Assembly: GCA_044892525.1 (NCBI GenBank)
Contig: CM097885.1
Span: 237,710,001-237,774,000 of the forward strand
Direction of reading: 5' to 3'
Length of the DNA: 64,000 nucleotides
Origin: Schmidtea polychroa
Lineage: Eukaryota
Shown: positions 50,750-64,000 of the stretch, one piece after another
Layout: each line of letters begins with the position of its first letter
How positions within the stretch are numbered: the first letter of the stretch is position 1
Position numbers and translations under genes: made by a program
Notes under the pieces: generated by a model
Seen by the model: only the letters and a program-made list of their open reading frames with translations
Database searches by the model: none
Told to the model about the DNA's origin: nothing

Positions 50750-52107
50750 TATCCAAAGAAGAGAAACTATGGAAAAAGTATGGGAACAACAATAAAAGGA
50801 CATTCAGTTTCGAGAGCTGCGAGAGTTAATGGAAAATGGATGTACACGGGAGAAAAAGAATTGTTTTCCTTTTAACGTAAAAAATACACGAACTGATGGA
50901 GGATTAATAACAGTAGAAAAGAACAAAAATATCTTAATGTTAGTCCCAGAAACATTTGCAGGCCTGTTAACAACAACCCTTCATGAAGAACTATGTCACA
51001 TTGGAGTTAAGAAATTATTTCATTATATGGAAAAGATATTTTATTGGCCGAAAATGCAAGAAACAATCCAACTCTGTTTATGATGTTGCGAAATCTGCGC
51101 TAAGAGAAAGATCGATCAGACAAGAACCAAGGAAACATTTATTTCTAGATATAGCTCTGAATTCCTAGAACAGATTGTTATGGATGTGGCTTACATGGAA
51201 ATGAACGCCATAAAAAATATGGTGGTAATGGTGGACCGTTTTAGCAAACTGATTTCTTTAACTGCAATCACAAAGCAAGACGAAGGGACCATTTTCAAAA
51301 CAATACTTAATAGTTGGATCTATCGATTTGGAAAACCGAAGAGCATTTTAACAGATAGAGGCCGAAATTTCGAAGGGAATTTCCTAAGACAGAAGCTACA
51401 GAAACTTGGAATCAAACAGGAATTCAGCTCACCTTACCAGCACCAATCAAATGGTTTAGCCGAACGAGCCATACAAACGATAATATATCCTATTACAGCA
51501 ACATTGGCAGGTGGATGTGAAGAGAGAAACTGGAACGAACTTCTACCCAGAATAGAGTTCACTATAAATAGCAGTCGACAAAGTGCTACAGGTTTATCAC
51601 CATTTGAGATAATTTATGGACGAAGTGTTAACCTACACTCTAACCTGAAACAAGCCGAGATATCAAGAAGCGAAAGAATCGAAGACGCGAGATTTAACTC
51701 GAGTAAAGCCGCAGACACTATGAGAGCTATGGATAAGACAAAGAGGGGCACTCGTGTTTTCGAGGTTGGGGAGGAGGTACTCGTACGTAAAGAGCCGCAG
51801 AACAGGCACAAGGATGGTATGCAATACGATGGCCCATATAAAATCGTCAGATTTCTATAATCTCATCGAGTCGAACTACATTCACAAGAAGAAGCGAAAG
51901 AAAGAAGAATCGAGTGGCTGAAGAAGTGGAAAAAGTCTTAAGAAGGGGAAAGTTAGATATCTGGTTGTTTTAATAATTGGAGTGGCGGTTTTTGTGAAAA
52001 ATTAAAAACTTATTATTTTTATAAATCCTTTTTTTTAAATATATATATTTTTGGTTTCAAGACTTTTGTTGAGAAATTTAAAGATGAATTTAAAGATGGA
52101 TTTAACT
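47408..52107 (+). mobile_element. Full-length but decayed Ty3/Gypsy LTR retrotransposon
   Basis: LTRs 47408-47552 and 51951-52107 (A(G/A)TTA...TAACT); 5-bp TSD TTCAA; PBS TGGCGATCACG; PPT AAGAAGGGGAA; gag CCHC knuckle, protease DSGA, RT YLDD, RNase H, integrase; several stops and frameshifts. Confidence 0.95.
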
Positions 52108-52752
52108 TTCAAAAAGGATGTGTATGGTGGAACCATATATCGGATAAAAATCCATAAAAATTTAACTAAACAAGTTAAATATAAAAATATAATTAAATAA
52201 AAATATATTTAAAATATTTAGACTTTAATCTTTTAAATTGTAATTTTAACTGTACAATAAATTAATTTCACCATACCATGAAAATTAAAATATTACTTTT
52301 AAAATTTATAATTCATTAATATTTTTCAAAGTATTCAATTATTTTAAATTCTTATTTGTTTATAAATTATATTGTTTTAATTTATATATTTCTTTCAGTT
52401 TCAACATTTTACGCCATTATTTCGGAAGTTTTAATGTTGTCTGATAAAGTATGAGAAAATGTTACATATTTAATATTCAATTTTACAATTTTTATTAATT
52501 TTTAATTTTTATGATTTAAATATTATATAAATGCATTTACATGAGTAATCCTTTATTTCATTTTACAGAGCAACTGTAAATTGCAAATCAGAAATTGCTA
52601 CTATACAGAACGTATCCAATAGCGATTTATTGTTGTTATGCATTTGATTTAATATAAAGCGCTTTTCTTTTTTCTTTGTTAAATGCATTTAAATTAAATT
52701 TACTTTTATATGTAAGTAAACAAGATTCGTCTTATTATTTTAATATTTATAG

Positions 52753-55086
52753 AATTGCCCGTCTTTCCCAGGCTCTTTTATGGAATATATTGGTCACTGC
52801 TTAGATAACAATGGTGGACTCTCTCTATCGTCTATTGATAAACTAGTCACCTTGATGAAAAATACCCAAAATAAACTTGTCCCCAAATACTTGGCTATCG
52901 CGATTATGTCGGTATCAAACGTTGACGTCCAAATGAAACTTTGTGAGTCAGGAGTGTGGAACATTTTATTTCAATGGCTTCAAGATGGACTTAAAAATGA
53001 TACAACTTGTTTTATTATTGAAATTCTTCAATTATATTTAAAACTGCCTATTACTTTTGAAAATTTAACATCGAATGCTTGTCCTAAATTAATTAAAAAA
53101 TTAACTAAAAATGGAAATTCAGGTTGATTTGTTTACTAGATCGGGATAATTTAATTTTTGAATTTAAGAAATTATATCTATAGCAAAATCTATTGTATCT
53201 AAATGGAAAAAAGTTGTTGAAGAGAAAACTAAAAGTTAGAAGTCTTGAATTCGGTTGTGTAATATAATGAGCAATTTAGATGCAGAGGAAGTTCCTTGCA
53301 AAAAAATTAAATTAGACAAAAAAGATATAAAAATTGAAAAAGATGACAATATTGAAAATAAAAAAAAGTTAAGGACAGTTAAAGTTAGAAACACTAATCT
53401 TAGAACTGCAGGTTTTGAAGATGCAGATTCTGATCTTAAATCAAATCCTAAAAAGTAGAATGCCTATTTTTTTAACTCTGCTTAATTTTTTTAGATTAAT
53501 TAAAAAACTTGATGAAAAGCCTGTCTCAGGAATAGACGAATTACATCAAAAAGTTAGTGCAGCATCGGTTGTTGATAAACGGAAAGGTATATATTTAGAA
53601 AAATCACTTAATTTTATTTTCATTTAGCTACTGAGATACATGAAAGCAAAAATTTTATTAATTCTATTACACAAAATCCTGTTCCAATTCGAAAGAAAAA
53701 AAAGCGTCTAGAAAACACAATCGCTAACAAATCAGTTATTATTTTTGTGTTGCTATTTTGTCTATTATTTTCTCTAGGTTTCCGATATTTCTCTAACTGA
53801 AGAAATAATATCAGATATCACTGTAAAAAATGCTGCAGATGTTCCTAACACTAGTGAAAAACAGAAAAAACGAGTTTCATGGGCATCAGCTGAAGCTTTA
53901 CAATCTATAAAATATTTTGAATTGGATGAAAACGAAAGAGTTAACGTTAATAAAGTATCGATCGAAGAAATGAAGAAAAAAGAAAGAATGATGGAGCGTC
54001 AGCATGTTTCACACAAATTTATCACCGATGAAAATGAGGATGAATCTCAATCTCAAAAGTGGTATAAACCTCTGCAGGTATCCGGAATTCCTGAGAATAA
54101 GCTCGATGTTTCTTCAGCTGAGCAAAATATTCAAGTTTTACGTGAACGGAAAGTTTTAAAAGTATTTTATTTCTCTAAAGTTGATATTCCCAACTCTCCT
54201 GCCGAGCCAGAAAATGAACCATATGATGTTAAAGAGCCGAAAAAAATTCCCCTCGAAGATGTAAATGAGTTGTTGAAATCCATTATAAATCGTTATCAAT
54301 TTGTTGTTTATTAGGTTATTCACACAAAGGCTGCAATAAAACCGCCACCATCGGAAGATTCCAATTCTAAATTGCTTATTTTCACTGAGAAAGAAGGAAA
54401 AGAGTGTCAGGCAAGAATTAATATTCCATTTTCAGTCACATTTATCGATTTTTTCTCTCCAGGTCACTTTGAGGCCGGACGTTGCGAATTTATTAAAATC
54501 GATGACTCAGAGCTCAGCGGTATCGAAATCCCCCAATCAAAATCCGATAGCAACATCAAATTTAGAAGCGCAAACTTCATCAGATGCAGCAAACTGTGAA
54601 ACTCCCCAGACTCGAACGAAATTGATCAGCATAATTCGATCTCGTTATCCGGATATCGATCCAGAAAAGTTGACTTCGGAAGAGGTTTGCAAATTATTGG
54701 AACCGTTGAGAGAACAATTGATTCGAGAGGGAATCTTGAATTTACCGTCGTCACAGAATGTCAGCATCCCCCCGCCGAATTTCCAGAATCCCCCTGCCCC
54801 TCAGTGGTTCTCAGATCAAAGGCCGTACTTTCCCCGGTTACCCCAGGATATGCACAATCCCCATTTAATGCCACATCAAAGAATGCCCCAGATGCCATTT
54901 CCAGCGAGACCCTGCGGAATACCACCAACAAATCGATCATTCGGGCCACCGAGGCAGTTGAGGCCCGTCTGCAGATTCCTGGCCAATAGCGGTTATTGTA
55001 GATCAGGAAACAATTGTACATTTTCACATAATATACAAACCGATTGTCCTCGTCCCTATAATAATAATAACCAGAACAGACATTGA
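52753..55086 (+). CDS. PPP1R10: PP1 nuclear targeting subunit PNUTS, multi-exon; first exon uncertain
   Basis: N-terminal TFIIS/LW-like domain; KKRVSW PP1-binding motif followed by YFELDENERVNV; PNSPAEP; Pro-rich region; terminal C3H1 finger CRFLANSGYCRSGNNCTFSH. Confidence 0.88.
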
Positions 55087-55959
55087 CTTGTAAAAAATAT
55101 GTAGTACTAGAATCGTTTCTGCTATTATGTTTTGTTTAATAAATTCTTTAACATTTTATATGTCTGTTTTTGGTAATCGGTTATTGATTTTTATTTGGTC
55201 AGATTAAGCGCGAAAACGCATTATTGTTTCATTGAATTTGTTAAGTATTTTCGACTATTTTCGAAATAAAAAATTATTTAGGAATTGAAAGAAATGTTTG
55301 ATGCAAGAATAAGCAAAAGTGAAACTAAAATAAAATTTTCAGATTTAGAAAATGGAAAAATAAAATAGTTTTTTCCGAATCTGATTTGAGGTGCTTATCT
55401 TATTTCTTTATCGTGGGTTTGAGTTGCGTTTGAAAATAAATGAAAATTTTTGTTTAAAATTAACAGTAAATTAGAAAAATATTAACTGAATAATTTAAAA
55501 TGTTATTAAAAATAAAAACGTAATTAAAACATGTTTTTTAGCTATTCCAAAAATATTATAATTATTTCTGAGGGTGTGATATTTGAATTAATAATTAATG
55601 GTTGTAAACTAAATATTGTATAAGATATTTTTTATTGGTTTTAATTAAAATTTAATAAATTATAAAATGATCTCAAGTTAAAATTAAAATCTAAATAAAT
55701 TAAATGATAATTAAAATTACTAAGTCGTCATTTAATTTAAACTTTTTGTAAAATGATTACTTAAATAACTATTTTGATCCCCATAATTTATGAATTTGTC
55801 TCAATGATAAATTAAATTGTCTCCATAAAATAAATTACCAAATTATTTAAGCTTAAAAACAAAATACAATAAAAATGAATTCAAATGCTGAATATAAATA
55901 AGTGACGAATTATAAGTTTTTAACAAAACAAACGAACTAAAAATTGACGATTTGCAGAT

Positions 55960-58100
55960 CTATTTGAAACAGAAATGGAATGGCTAAAACTAAATTAAAT
56001 CTAATCCTTTCTCAAAGGTTTATAATACGGATGCAGGATAGAAAGAAGTTTATCACTGCAATTTTGTTAAAAGAAGATGAACACGATGTAGTTCGTTCAT
56101 TTATATGCAATATAATAGTGAAGATTTCAATGTAACAAGATGAAAACATCCTGAAGAAATTAATCCCAAAATATCGAAAGTTGTCATTAATAAAGAACTC
56201 AAAGAATTAATACAAAACCAACTCAAATATCCTAAGACAATACTTGAAAACTTTCAGAATGAGATAGTAAACTATCAGGATATCATATCAACTGAAAGAC
56301 AACTCTACAATTATTTACAGCAAATACGTGTGATATTGGCAGATATCTTAACTTTGTAAAGTTGATTCAACTCTGTCATTAAACTCTAAAGTATCTGATG
56401 AATTAGATGCATCATTTTTTTGTGAATTATCAAATAAAGATAGACGAAAGTTACCTTAACATACATCCCAGAGAGCCTATGAACATAATACATATCGAAC
56501 GTGAATCTTTTATTTTGTTTATATCCACTCGACGACTATTATCCATTGCAAGCTCTGTATGCACTATACAAACCGATGGTACTTATAAGCTAATATGGAA
56601 CAAATTTCCAGTGCTTATTTGTGGAACGAGGACTTTTACAATGTTTATCACGAATTTGGATTAGTTGTACGTACATCCGAAACAACGTTCCCTCTAAGCT
56701 GCGCGCGTGCGCGCGCGCAGTATATTTAATTCAACCGTTTCATGGCAGTTGTTCCTATGAATATTTTCTTTCTTCCAACGATGATAACATTGAGAAACAA
56801 AAAGTTAACGAAGTTATCAGAGCAGAATATGCTGAATTTAAATATGTTTTGACCGAGAAATTGATAACAGGAACAATAAAAACTTTTGCAGACGTTGTTA
56901 CTTATGTACTGTCGGAAGAAAAATTTGCGACAATGGCGCCGTTAGTTGATATTTGTGGTACATTTCAAGCCTCTAGTGCCGACGCAGAACGTGGATTCAG
57001 TTTGATGAACAACATTAAAACTAAATCGCGAAACAGACTGGAGGTGGGGCACCTAGATATGTTGATGAGGATTAAATTTTACCTCTTAAGTGGTAAAAAT
57101 GTCGATCTCGATTCGGTGTATAAATTTTGGAAAGATGGAAAAATCAGAAGACAAAAGTTAGAGGTCCTTCCATCTTCATTTTTCTAAATGTTCAGAATTA
57201 ATTAAATTAAATTAAATGTGCTATTTTTTATTTTATTTTCACCTTCCAATTAACATATTTATTATAAAACATTACGAATTTTTGATACTCAATATTATTA
57301 TGTGGTTCATTTTGAATATTTAAAAATTTTCAATGTTAATAACCAGATGCATAATAACGGTATATTTCTGTAGTGTCGTTTTAAAACTCTTACAACCACG
57401 TTATAGCATTTTGACGCTCATTTGTATTTAAAGGTTGCTCAGCGTAGCTGACTTTGCGCGCACTGCTGCTTATGGCTTAGAGGGAACATTGATCCGAAAA
57501 CAAATTCGATTATAAATTCATTTTTAATTCAATTCGAAATGGTCTGAAAGAAACAAATTAACAATTAATACAAATCAGTAATGTTTTATTTCTTGCTGAT
57601 GCAATCACAAATGGTTTTAAGTCAGTATTTACTAATGAATCAACTAAAATTAAAAGAGGCATGTGTTGGTGTTTCATATGCGTAAAGTTGTAAAAAAACT
57701 ATTTTTTAATATTAAATGACGCTAAATTACAAAAAAAATTTCAAATATTGATCTTCTACAACTCTCTGTAACTGAACAATTGTTAACTTATTTGAGCTTA
57801 AAACAAAATACAATAAAAATGAATTCAAAAGTGACAAATTACCAGTTATCCAACGCAACAAAACAAAACTAATTCAAATTTGAAATCGTTTTTAGACAAT
57901 TTTGATCAAGGATGGACCAAGTTACACAATGGGAGGCGCTAAAGTTATTTACCGTTTAGCCCAAGCAAAAGCAACTAATTAAAAGCTATTAATGCAACGA
58001 TTAAAAAAGAAAATAAATTTAAACAGCGTTTATCTCTTCCAAATTGTATAGTGAAACCAATGAATTTCATAAAACGTAAGTCTACAAAAAAATCCAAATT
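55960..58100 (+). pseudogene. Decayed MULE/Mutator transposase, interrupted by a hAT element
   Basis: IQTDGTYKLIWNKFPVLICGT before the insert; ADAITNGF and RGMCW.FH after it; many stops. Confidence 0.8.
56683..57491 (+). mobile_element. Internally deleted hAT (Tip100/Arthur-like) element
   Basis: TIR CAACGTTCCCTCTAAGC / GCTTAGAGGGAACATTG; 8-bp TSD ATCCGAAA; SSADAERGFSLMNNIKTKSRNRL dimerisation motif. Confidence 0.92.
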
Positions 58101-58251
58101 CACTCAACAATCCAAAAATCACTTCAAAAGAACCAAAAGTTCATAGTTTGTAGTTTACTAAAGCTTATCTTATATGCTTTTAAAACATGTAAAAATTTAA
58201 GAAACCCCAAAATATTTTTCGGAGTGCAAATTAAAATTTTTTTAGAGACCG

Positions 58252-58971
58252 TTAAAATAAATTATAAGTTTCATTTTTCATAAGAGATCGTCTAATTAAA
58301 AATACAGACCGTTTAATAATACTCATTTTAAAATTAGTTTTAAATAAGTGTTCATTTTCAAATTCATAATAACACATAATCATTTTATTTCTGAATAATA
58401 ACAGTTTTTCCGTGTCCATACCAGGAAATAATGTCATCATTGAACAACCTAATGGTCGCATCTCGGTTGATTGGGTAGAAAACCGCTTAATATCCGCAAC
58501 AGAACGACTTATTATGTCGCAAGGCATTTCATATCCATGTTTATATCTAAATCGAGCTGCTTCCATTTGTGCACGACATACTTGAGATCGATAATCAGGG
58601 ATCATACCAGTCATAACACTTCCAGTACTTTCAGTAATATTAAACAATCTTGTAGCTGAACTCTTCTCAATCATTTTATCTGGAACCTGTCTTTGTGTAG
58701 CTACACATAAATTTGATCTCATATTATTCCTTTCTGAACACAAAACAATATCGATTCGGCCATTTTGATCAGGTACAGATTCAACTAATTGCCGGTCTCG
58801 AGATAATGTGATTAGAGAGAATCCATTACCCAGAATTTTAATAGATTTGATAGATCTGATAACATCGTCTGTACAAATAGTTTCTATTTCCATTTTGCTG
58901 CGGGTTCTATTCAACCTTGCCACTAAATCATCGAGATCCATCAATCCCCCGTTATATTTAGATGTTGCCAT
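58252..58971 (-). pseudogene. Chimeric ORF: SNF8/VPS22 fragment fused to a proteasome alpha-6 (PSMA6-like) fragment
   Basis: NGGLMDLDDL..DDVIRSIKSIKILGNGF..LVESVP (SNF8-like), then TQRQVPDK..LFNITE..VMTGM..RYKHGYEMP..EMRPLGC (PSMA6-like). Confidence 0.8.
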
Positions 58972-59325
58972 TGTAATTTCAATTATTCAAAAAAAACCAA
59001 TCGAAATTCGATACCATTAACACCATTAATCATCGATCACCATTTCAAAAATCCATAAAAATTCTAACTGTTCAAAGACAAAATCGATAAACTCTAAATC
59101 TAAAAGATTAACAACTTACAACTAATAAAATTGAAATACCTATTGCTCGCGTCTGTGTGCGCACACAACCAAAAATACACAAGGAGAGTAAAAAGCGCAC
59201 ACAGACGCGAGCATCGAATTAAACATCAATTTCAAGTTCAATTTTACGCGTCTGTGTGCGCACACAACCAAAACAAAGAAAAAAGCCATAAGAATTAAAA
59301 AATTTATAAAATATTGTTTTCTTGG

Positions 59326-61525
59326 AGTTATGGAAAGTTGTTTGTTTTAATAATATTGTTTTTAGCGTTTTTTGAAAAATATATTTTAACTGCTTTTATT
59401 ATTGATCTTATGAATTTAGAAGTTGAAGACATCATAACTGGTGACCACGCCAAGGAAATCAATGCGATAGGAAAAAAGAAAGGAACCAAGAATGTGTTAG
59501 ATTCCTTGTCAAAACAAGCACGTGAGATGCTAAATTTTAATGTCAGAAAGTTTGACGGAAAAGTTGGATCTGAAGCCGAACTTTGGCTAAAGGATATTAT
59601 GGAATGGCTGAGAATAGAAGATCAAAGTCTAGTAGACGCATTGGATCTTTTGTTGACAGATGCGGCATCGATGTTATGGGAAGCGGCGAAAATAGCGAAG
59701 ATGACCGATGAAATGGCAAAAGAGTGGTTTATAGAAACCTTTACAGTAAGGAAAACCATTACTAACAAGATTGTGGAACTAGCTCAAATTCAGCAAGAAA
59801 GAGATGAAAGATTCCAAGTCTTCGAAATACGAGTAAGAAGTTTAGTTAAACGTGTATTTAGCTCTGGAATGTCTGATGAACAGATTGTTCGAGACATTAT
59901 TTCAAACAGAGCGAAAGACGATAGAGTAAAAGAAATATTCTTATCAGGGAAAGTGACAAGTTTTGAAGATGTCAGGGATATGGCAAAAATTCAGGAGAAG
60001 ATCGAGATGACGAATGACAATAAATTCAATATTGATGCCATAAGAAGAGACTCTTACGCATCAGTGATGAAAAATGGTAAATTCGAGGGTAGACGAGACC
60101 AAAGAACAATTGTGAAGACAACTGCACATCAACGCGACGAACACCGAGAGATTAATCATGAGAGAAATAGACCTGGTAATGGTCGGTTTGTACCAATTGT
60201 AAATGAAGACAAGAATGAAAATGAGCGGTATAGAGGACGATACGAAACAGGAGAACCAGAGAGAAGAATACCTACAGTATCGCTTAAAGATATTGCAAGA
60301 AGGTTATTTAATGACAGCAATGGAAGAGATTCGCCTCATCCAGTGAAACTGACACCAGGTCAGTGTTTTTGTTGTGGAGAAAAAGGGCACCGGCGTTTTG
60401 AATGTCCTATGAAAGACAAATGTCTAATCTGTGGAAAAGAAGGTCATGGATTCAGAGATTGTTTTTTGCTTAAAAATAGAAATGGATATCAGAAGAGAGT
60501 GGCATGTATTTACGAAGAAGATCACGAAAGAAATAATGGTGATTTCACAGAAGATTTATACAGTAATTACGAAGAAACGATAAAAAAATCAATGGATAAA
60601 CCAAAAAACAAGGACGATCCCATTGCTTTCATTTCGTCAGTGGGGTCGACACAATAATCAGTAGAAAGAAGCGAAATGAAGACATGATGCAGAAGATGTA
60701 TGAGACGACAGACAGAAGAAAGTGGAGTAAGATTGTAATAAACATGACGGCGATTGACATGCTTTGGGACTCTGGAGCTTCAGTATCAGTTATGAGTGAA
60801 AAAGGTTGGACAAAGATTGGGAAACCGAGGTTGAAGAAGAGCACAATTTCTCTTTTTGGAGTATTTTCGACGGGAATGGAAAGACCGTTAGGAGCAATGA
60901 CGATAGAAGCTGATTGGAATGGGAAAAAAACAATTATTAATGTTATAGTTGTCAAAGATATACGTCCAGATTTCATTGGGAGTGTAGATACAATGGAGAG
61001 ATTTGGTATTCGACTGGTAGAGGTAGACAATATTGAGGCATCACAAGTAGGGAGGACATATGTGGACTCACAACGAGAAGAAAAAGCATTATTAATGCTT
61101 GGAGACAGGAAGAATGAACAGCTAGACATATTGCTACGGAAGTTCAAAGGTATTTTTATGGCTTCAACGTTTGATCTCGGGTTTACGAAAGTTGTTCAAA
61201 TTGAAATGAATATAGTAGGTGGGCCTGTAATGTTACAGCCAAGAAGACAACCAATGCATTTAGAACAAAAGCTTGACGAACTTGTCACAAACCTATTAGA
61301 AGCGAGAGTTATTAGAAAATGCAAAAGTGCATGGAACGCGCCACTAGTGATTGTGGCTTAGAAAGATGGATCAATAAGGATGTGTGTCGACTATAGAGGG
61401 TTGAATGCGATCACTGAAAAGATATCTTTTCCAATGCCAGATACACGATTTCTACTGGATTGTCTGGCAGATTCAAAATATTTCACATCCATCGATCTAG
61501 GTCAAGCATATTATGGCGAAGGAAA
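59326..61525 (+). mobile_element. Second Gypsy element (related to 47408-52107), broken in RT by an insertion
   Basis: 114-bp LTR AGTTATG...CATAACT; PBS TGGTGACCACG; intact gag with two CCHC knuckles; protease WDSGAS; RT start to IDLGQAYY. Confidence 0.9.
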
Positions 61526-62490
61526 TGTTGGGCTAGAACTGATTTTTAGACCCAAAATACTAATTGTGACTGAAATGTGTAGGTACACAGCAAGTAAAAA
61601 AGCACCAAGTATAGTTAAATATTAAAACCTACACCAAATAAACAATGGTAATTAAAGGAGAGAGTAACAAAGAATAAACACAGAAATTAAATGAAATTAT
61701 ACAAAAGCAAGAAGTTATGCAAAATCTAACTCAAAAATAACCAAATAAACATAGAGTTACAAAAAACAAACTCGAATAACTTAATAGATGGTAAAAACAG
61801 TAAAAAAAAATTCCAGAAAAACCCAGAACATTCCATAAAAATGGCGATGACCATCATAAAAGCTACCTTAAACAATAAAATTTAGGAAAAAATAAATAAA
61901 ATTGTAATAAAAATAAAAAAATCTTAAAAAGAAATTCATAAAACAGCAATTAAAATAAAAAATTAAATTAAAAGTAATATAGAATGTTCTGGAACCGTTC
62001 CAAATCCATCATGGACGTAAAATTAATGAAAAATAATTAAAAATTCGAAATTTAAAAATAAAAACAAAAATTATGGCACAAAAATTGCCATTAAAAATAT
62101 CAAAATCGCAAAATAGAAAATTCTGGAATAAAAAGAATTCGAGTTTGTTTTAATGCATCAATACATACACGTGTACAAAATAGGTATATATACTGACACG
62201 TTTCAGTCACAATCATCACTTTTATGCCAATATTTTATTGTTGAAAATCTTACGAAAACTTATAGTGAGTAATTTTTCATTATTATATGTTTTATGTAAT
62301 CATTTTAATGTTAATATATGTTTCATGTAATCATTTCAATATAATCTACCTTTCATTAGCATATTTAAAAACCTATGATTTTTCTCATTATATTTTTTTT
62401 ACGACTGATCAGCGACGTCTCAGTGCGTCTCTATTCAGTCCTGCATTCGATAGTAATGCAGCCTTCTAAAATGAAATATGCAGACATGCA

Positions 62491-62566
<76 letters not shown>

Positions 62567-64000
62567 TTTTTGTTCGGTCATCGGAGGTCGGCCACTTCAT
62601 GGTTCTACCATGGAGTTGTGTCGATAAAACCCCTCCGCTATGGCTCCATATACTTTATTTATCGGTCGACAGTGATGTTTCGACTCAACACAACAGTATG
62701 GCTTGTCGTAGCGGTCACAGTGGGGCCGTGTAAGCAAGCATTCTTCCCGAGTTCGAATGCAGTACACAATTAAACTCAACACTAAAAATCTCTACAACAC
62801 AAACATCCTAAGGTTAATAAACAGAGTAGAACTCAGACCTAAATTAATCACAACTCAACATTCATACCTAATGTGGACGGTTGAATTCATCAAAATTCGG
62901 CCTATGCGTTGTCGAACATAGATTTGGAGATGTCCCACATAAAAGTTCTAGTAAAATAAAGATTTCCGTCAATGATTGATTTAGTAATACGGGCCTCCAT
63001 GAAAGTGTTAGACATGCGTATCGGCAGGGTTTGGATGTTAAATTGAATTAACTTCAAGCGAACGATAAAAATACTAACCGTAGTAGTATAAAACTCCATA
63101 AAACCATGAATTGTATTTGTAGCTTTAGTTACTTTTGAAGGGAAATTCGGATTAATTATAAATGTATAAATCATAAATTTAACTTCTGGAAATTATAAAT
63201 TACTAATTATATTAACGTTAAAAACTATAAACTATAATCTATGTCAATTATAAAATATAAATCATGAATAGTGCTATATAAATAGTAAATGTAACCAATT
63301 CTTAAAATACTTGTATATAAATTCATAAGTTGTAAATAGTCATGTATAAATTATACATGTATCAGGGTTATAAAATATAAGTTATAAATAATTATATAAA
63401 ATTTTTTTCTATTATTATAAAATATAAAGTATAGATGGTTGCACCTAACTTATACATGTATCTTGATGCTCGAAAAAGGAACCCATAATTAGCTATAGAT
63501 AAATTCTGTCTACGAAAATAGTAATTCTAAATAATTATATGAAATTTTTGATTACAAAATACAAAGTATAAAGGATTGAATATAAATTATACATATATCT
63601 TGATTTTATAAAAATAAACTATATATAAATTATAAAATTATATATAAATTTTGATCCTAAAAAATAAAGTATAAAATGGTTATACATAGAGGTTGAGTAT
63701 AAAATATAAATAGTTATATATATATATATATATAACTTGTAAATATAGAACTAAATCATAACTGGCTATATATCAATTTTGATCGAAAACTATGAAGTAT
63801 AAACAGCTATATATAAATTGAGTATAGATCTTGATTAGTAAAATGTGAATTAGAAATAACCATTTGTAAAGTATAGAAACATAATTCATGAACCATACCT
63901 AAAATATAAATTAGAAGTCATATTAACTACCCAGGTTCCGAACGTAACCTGCCCAATTTGTAAAGTCTAATATCAGTCACCTCCAGAGATATGATCCTAT
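61526..64000. mobile_element. LTR-like family B repeat (61526-62860) followed by internal sequence and AT-rich minisatellite, running off the window
   Basis: Collinear with 15253-18120, including the post-repeat block (taatgt.g.cggttgaa) and degenerate ataaatagttatat repeats. Confidence 0.75.

Noticed and set aside
47570..51811. Antisense ORFs over Gypsy gag/pol (also over pPolB, penton and PNUTS)
   Set aside because: Shadows of the sense-strand coding sequence; no motifs

Overview
AT-rich animal genomic DNA with very short (about 40-60 nt) GT-AG introns and dense transposon content; the host taxon cannot be named from this window. There are three recognisable host genes. WDR47 is on the minus strand and has a 7.1-kb TE-filled intron. 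A highly divergent alpha-tubulin carries a long C-terminal extension. PPP1R10/PNUTS is on the plus strand. The centrepiece is a complete 17.5-kb Polinton/Maverick endogenous virus (27100-44622) with ~1-kb TIRs starting AGTAGT and a 6-bp TSD (GACTAA). Its pPolB, integrase, packaging ATPase, protease and major and minor capsid genes are all intact. Its unusual cargo includes a TATA-binding-protein (TBP) homolog, an IAP-type RING protein, a four-exon acidic SIM/LxxLL microprotein missed by the ORF track, an overprinted putative myristoylated ORF, at least eight predicted spliceosomal introns (one is essentially an ATT microsatellite beside an integrase catalytic Asp), and AGGTCA arrays in the TIRs. 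The window also holds two related short-LTR Gypsy elements with a conserved -1 frameshift signal, solo/nested LTRs, hAT/piggyBac-type MITEs, MULE and Helitron remnants, an inverted pair of unknown coiled-coil paralogs, and a chimeric SNF8-PSMA6 ORF. All homology calls are by recognition from memory; no searches were run.
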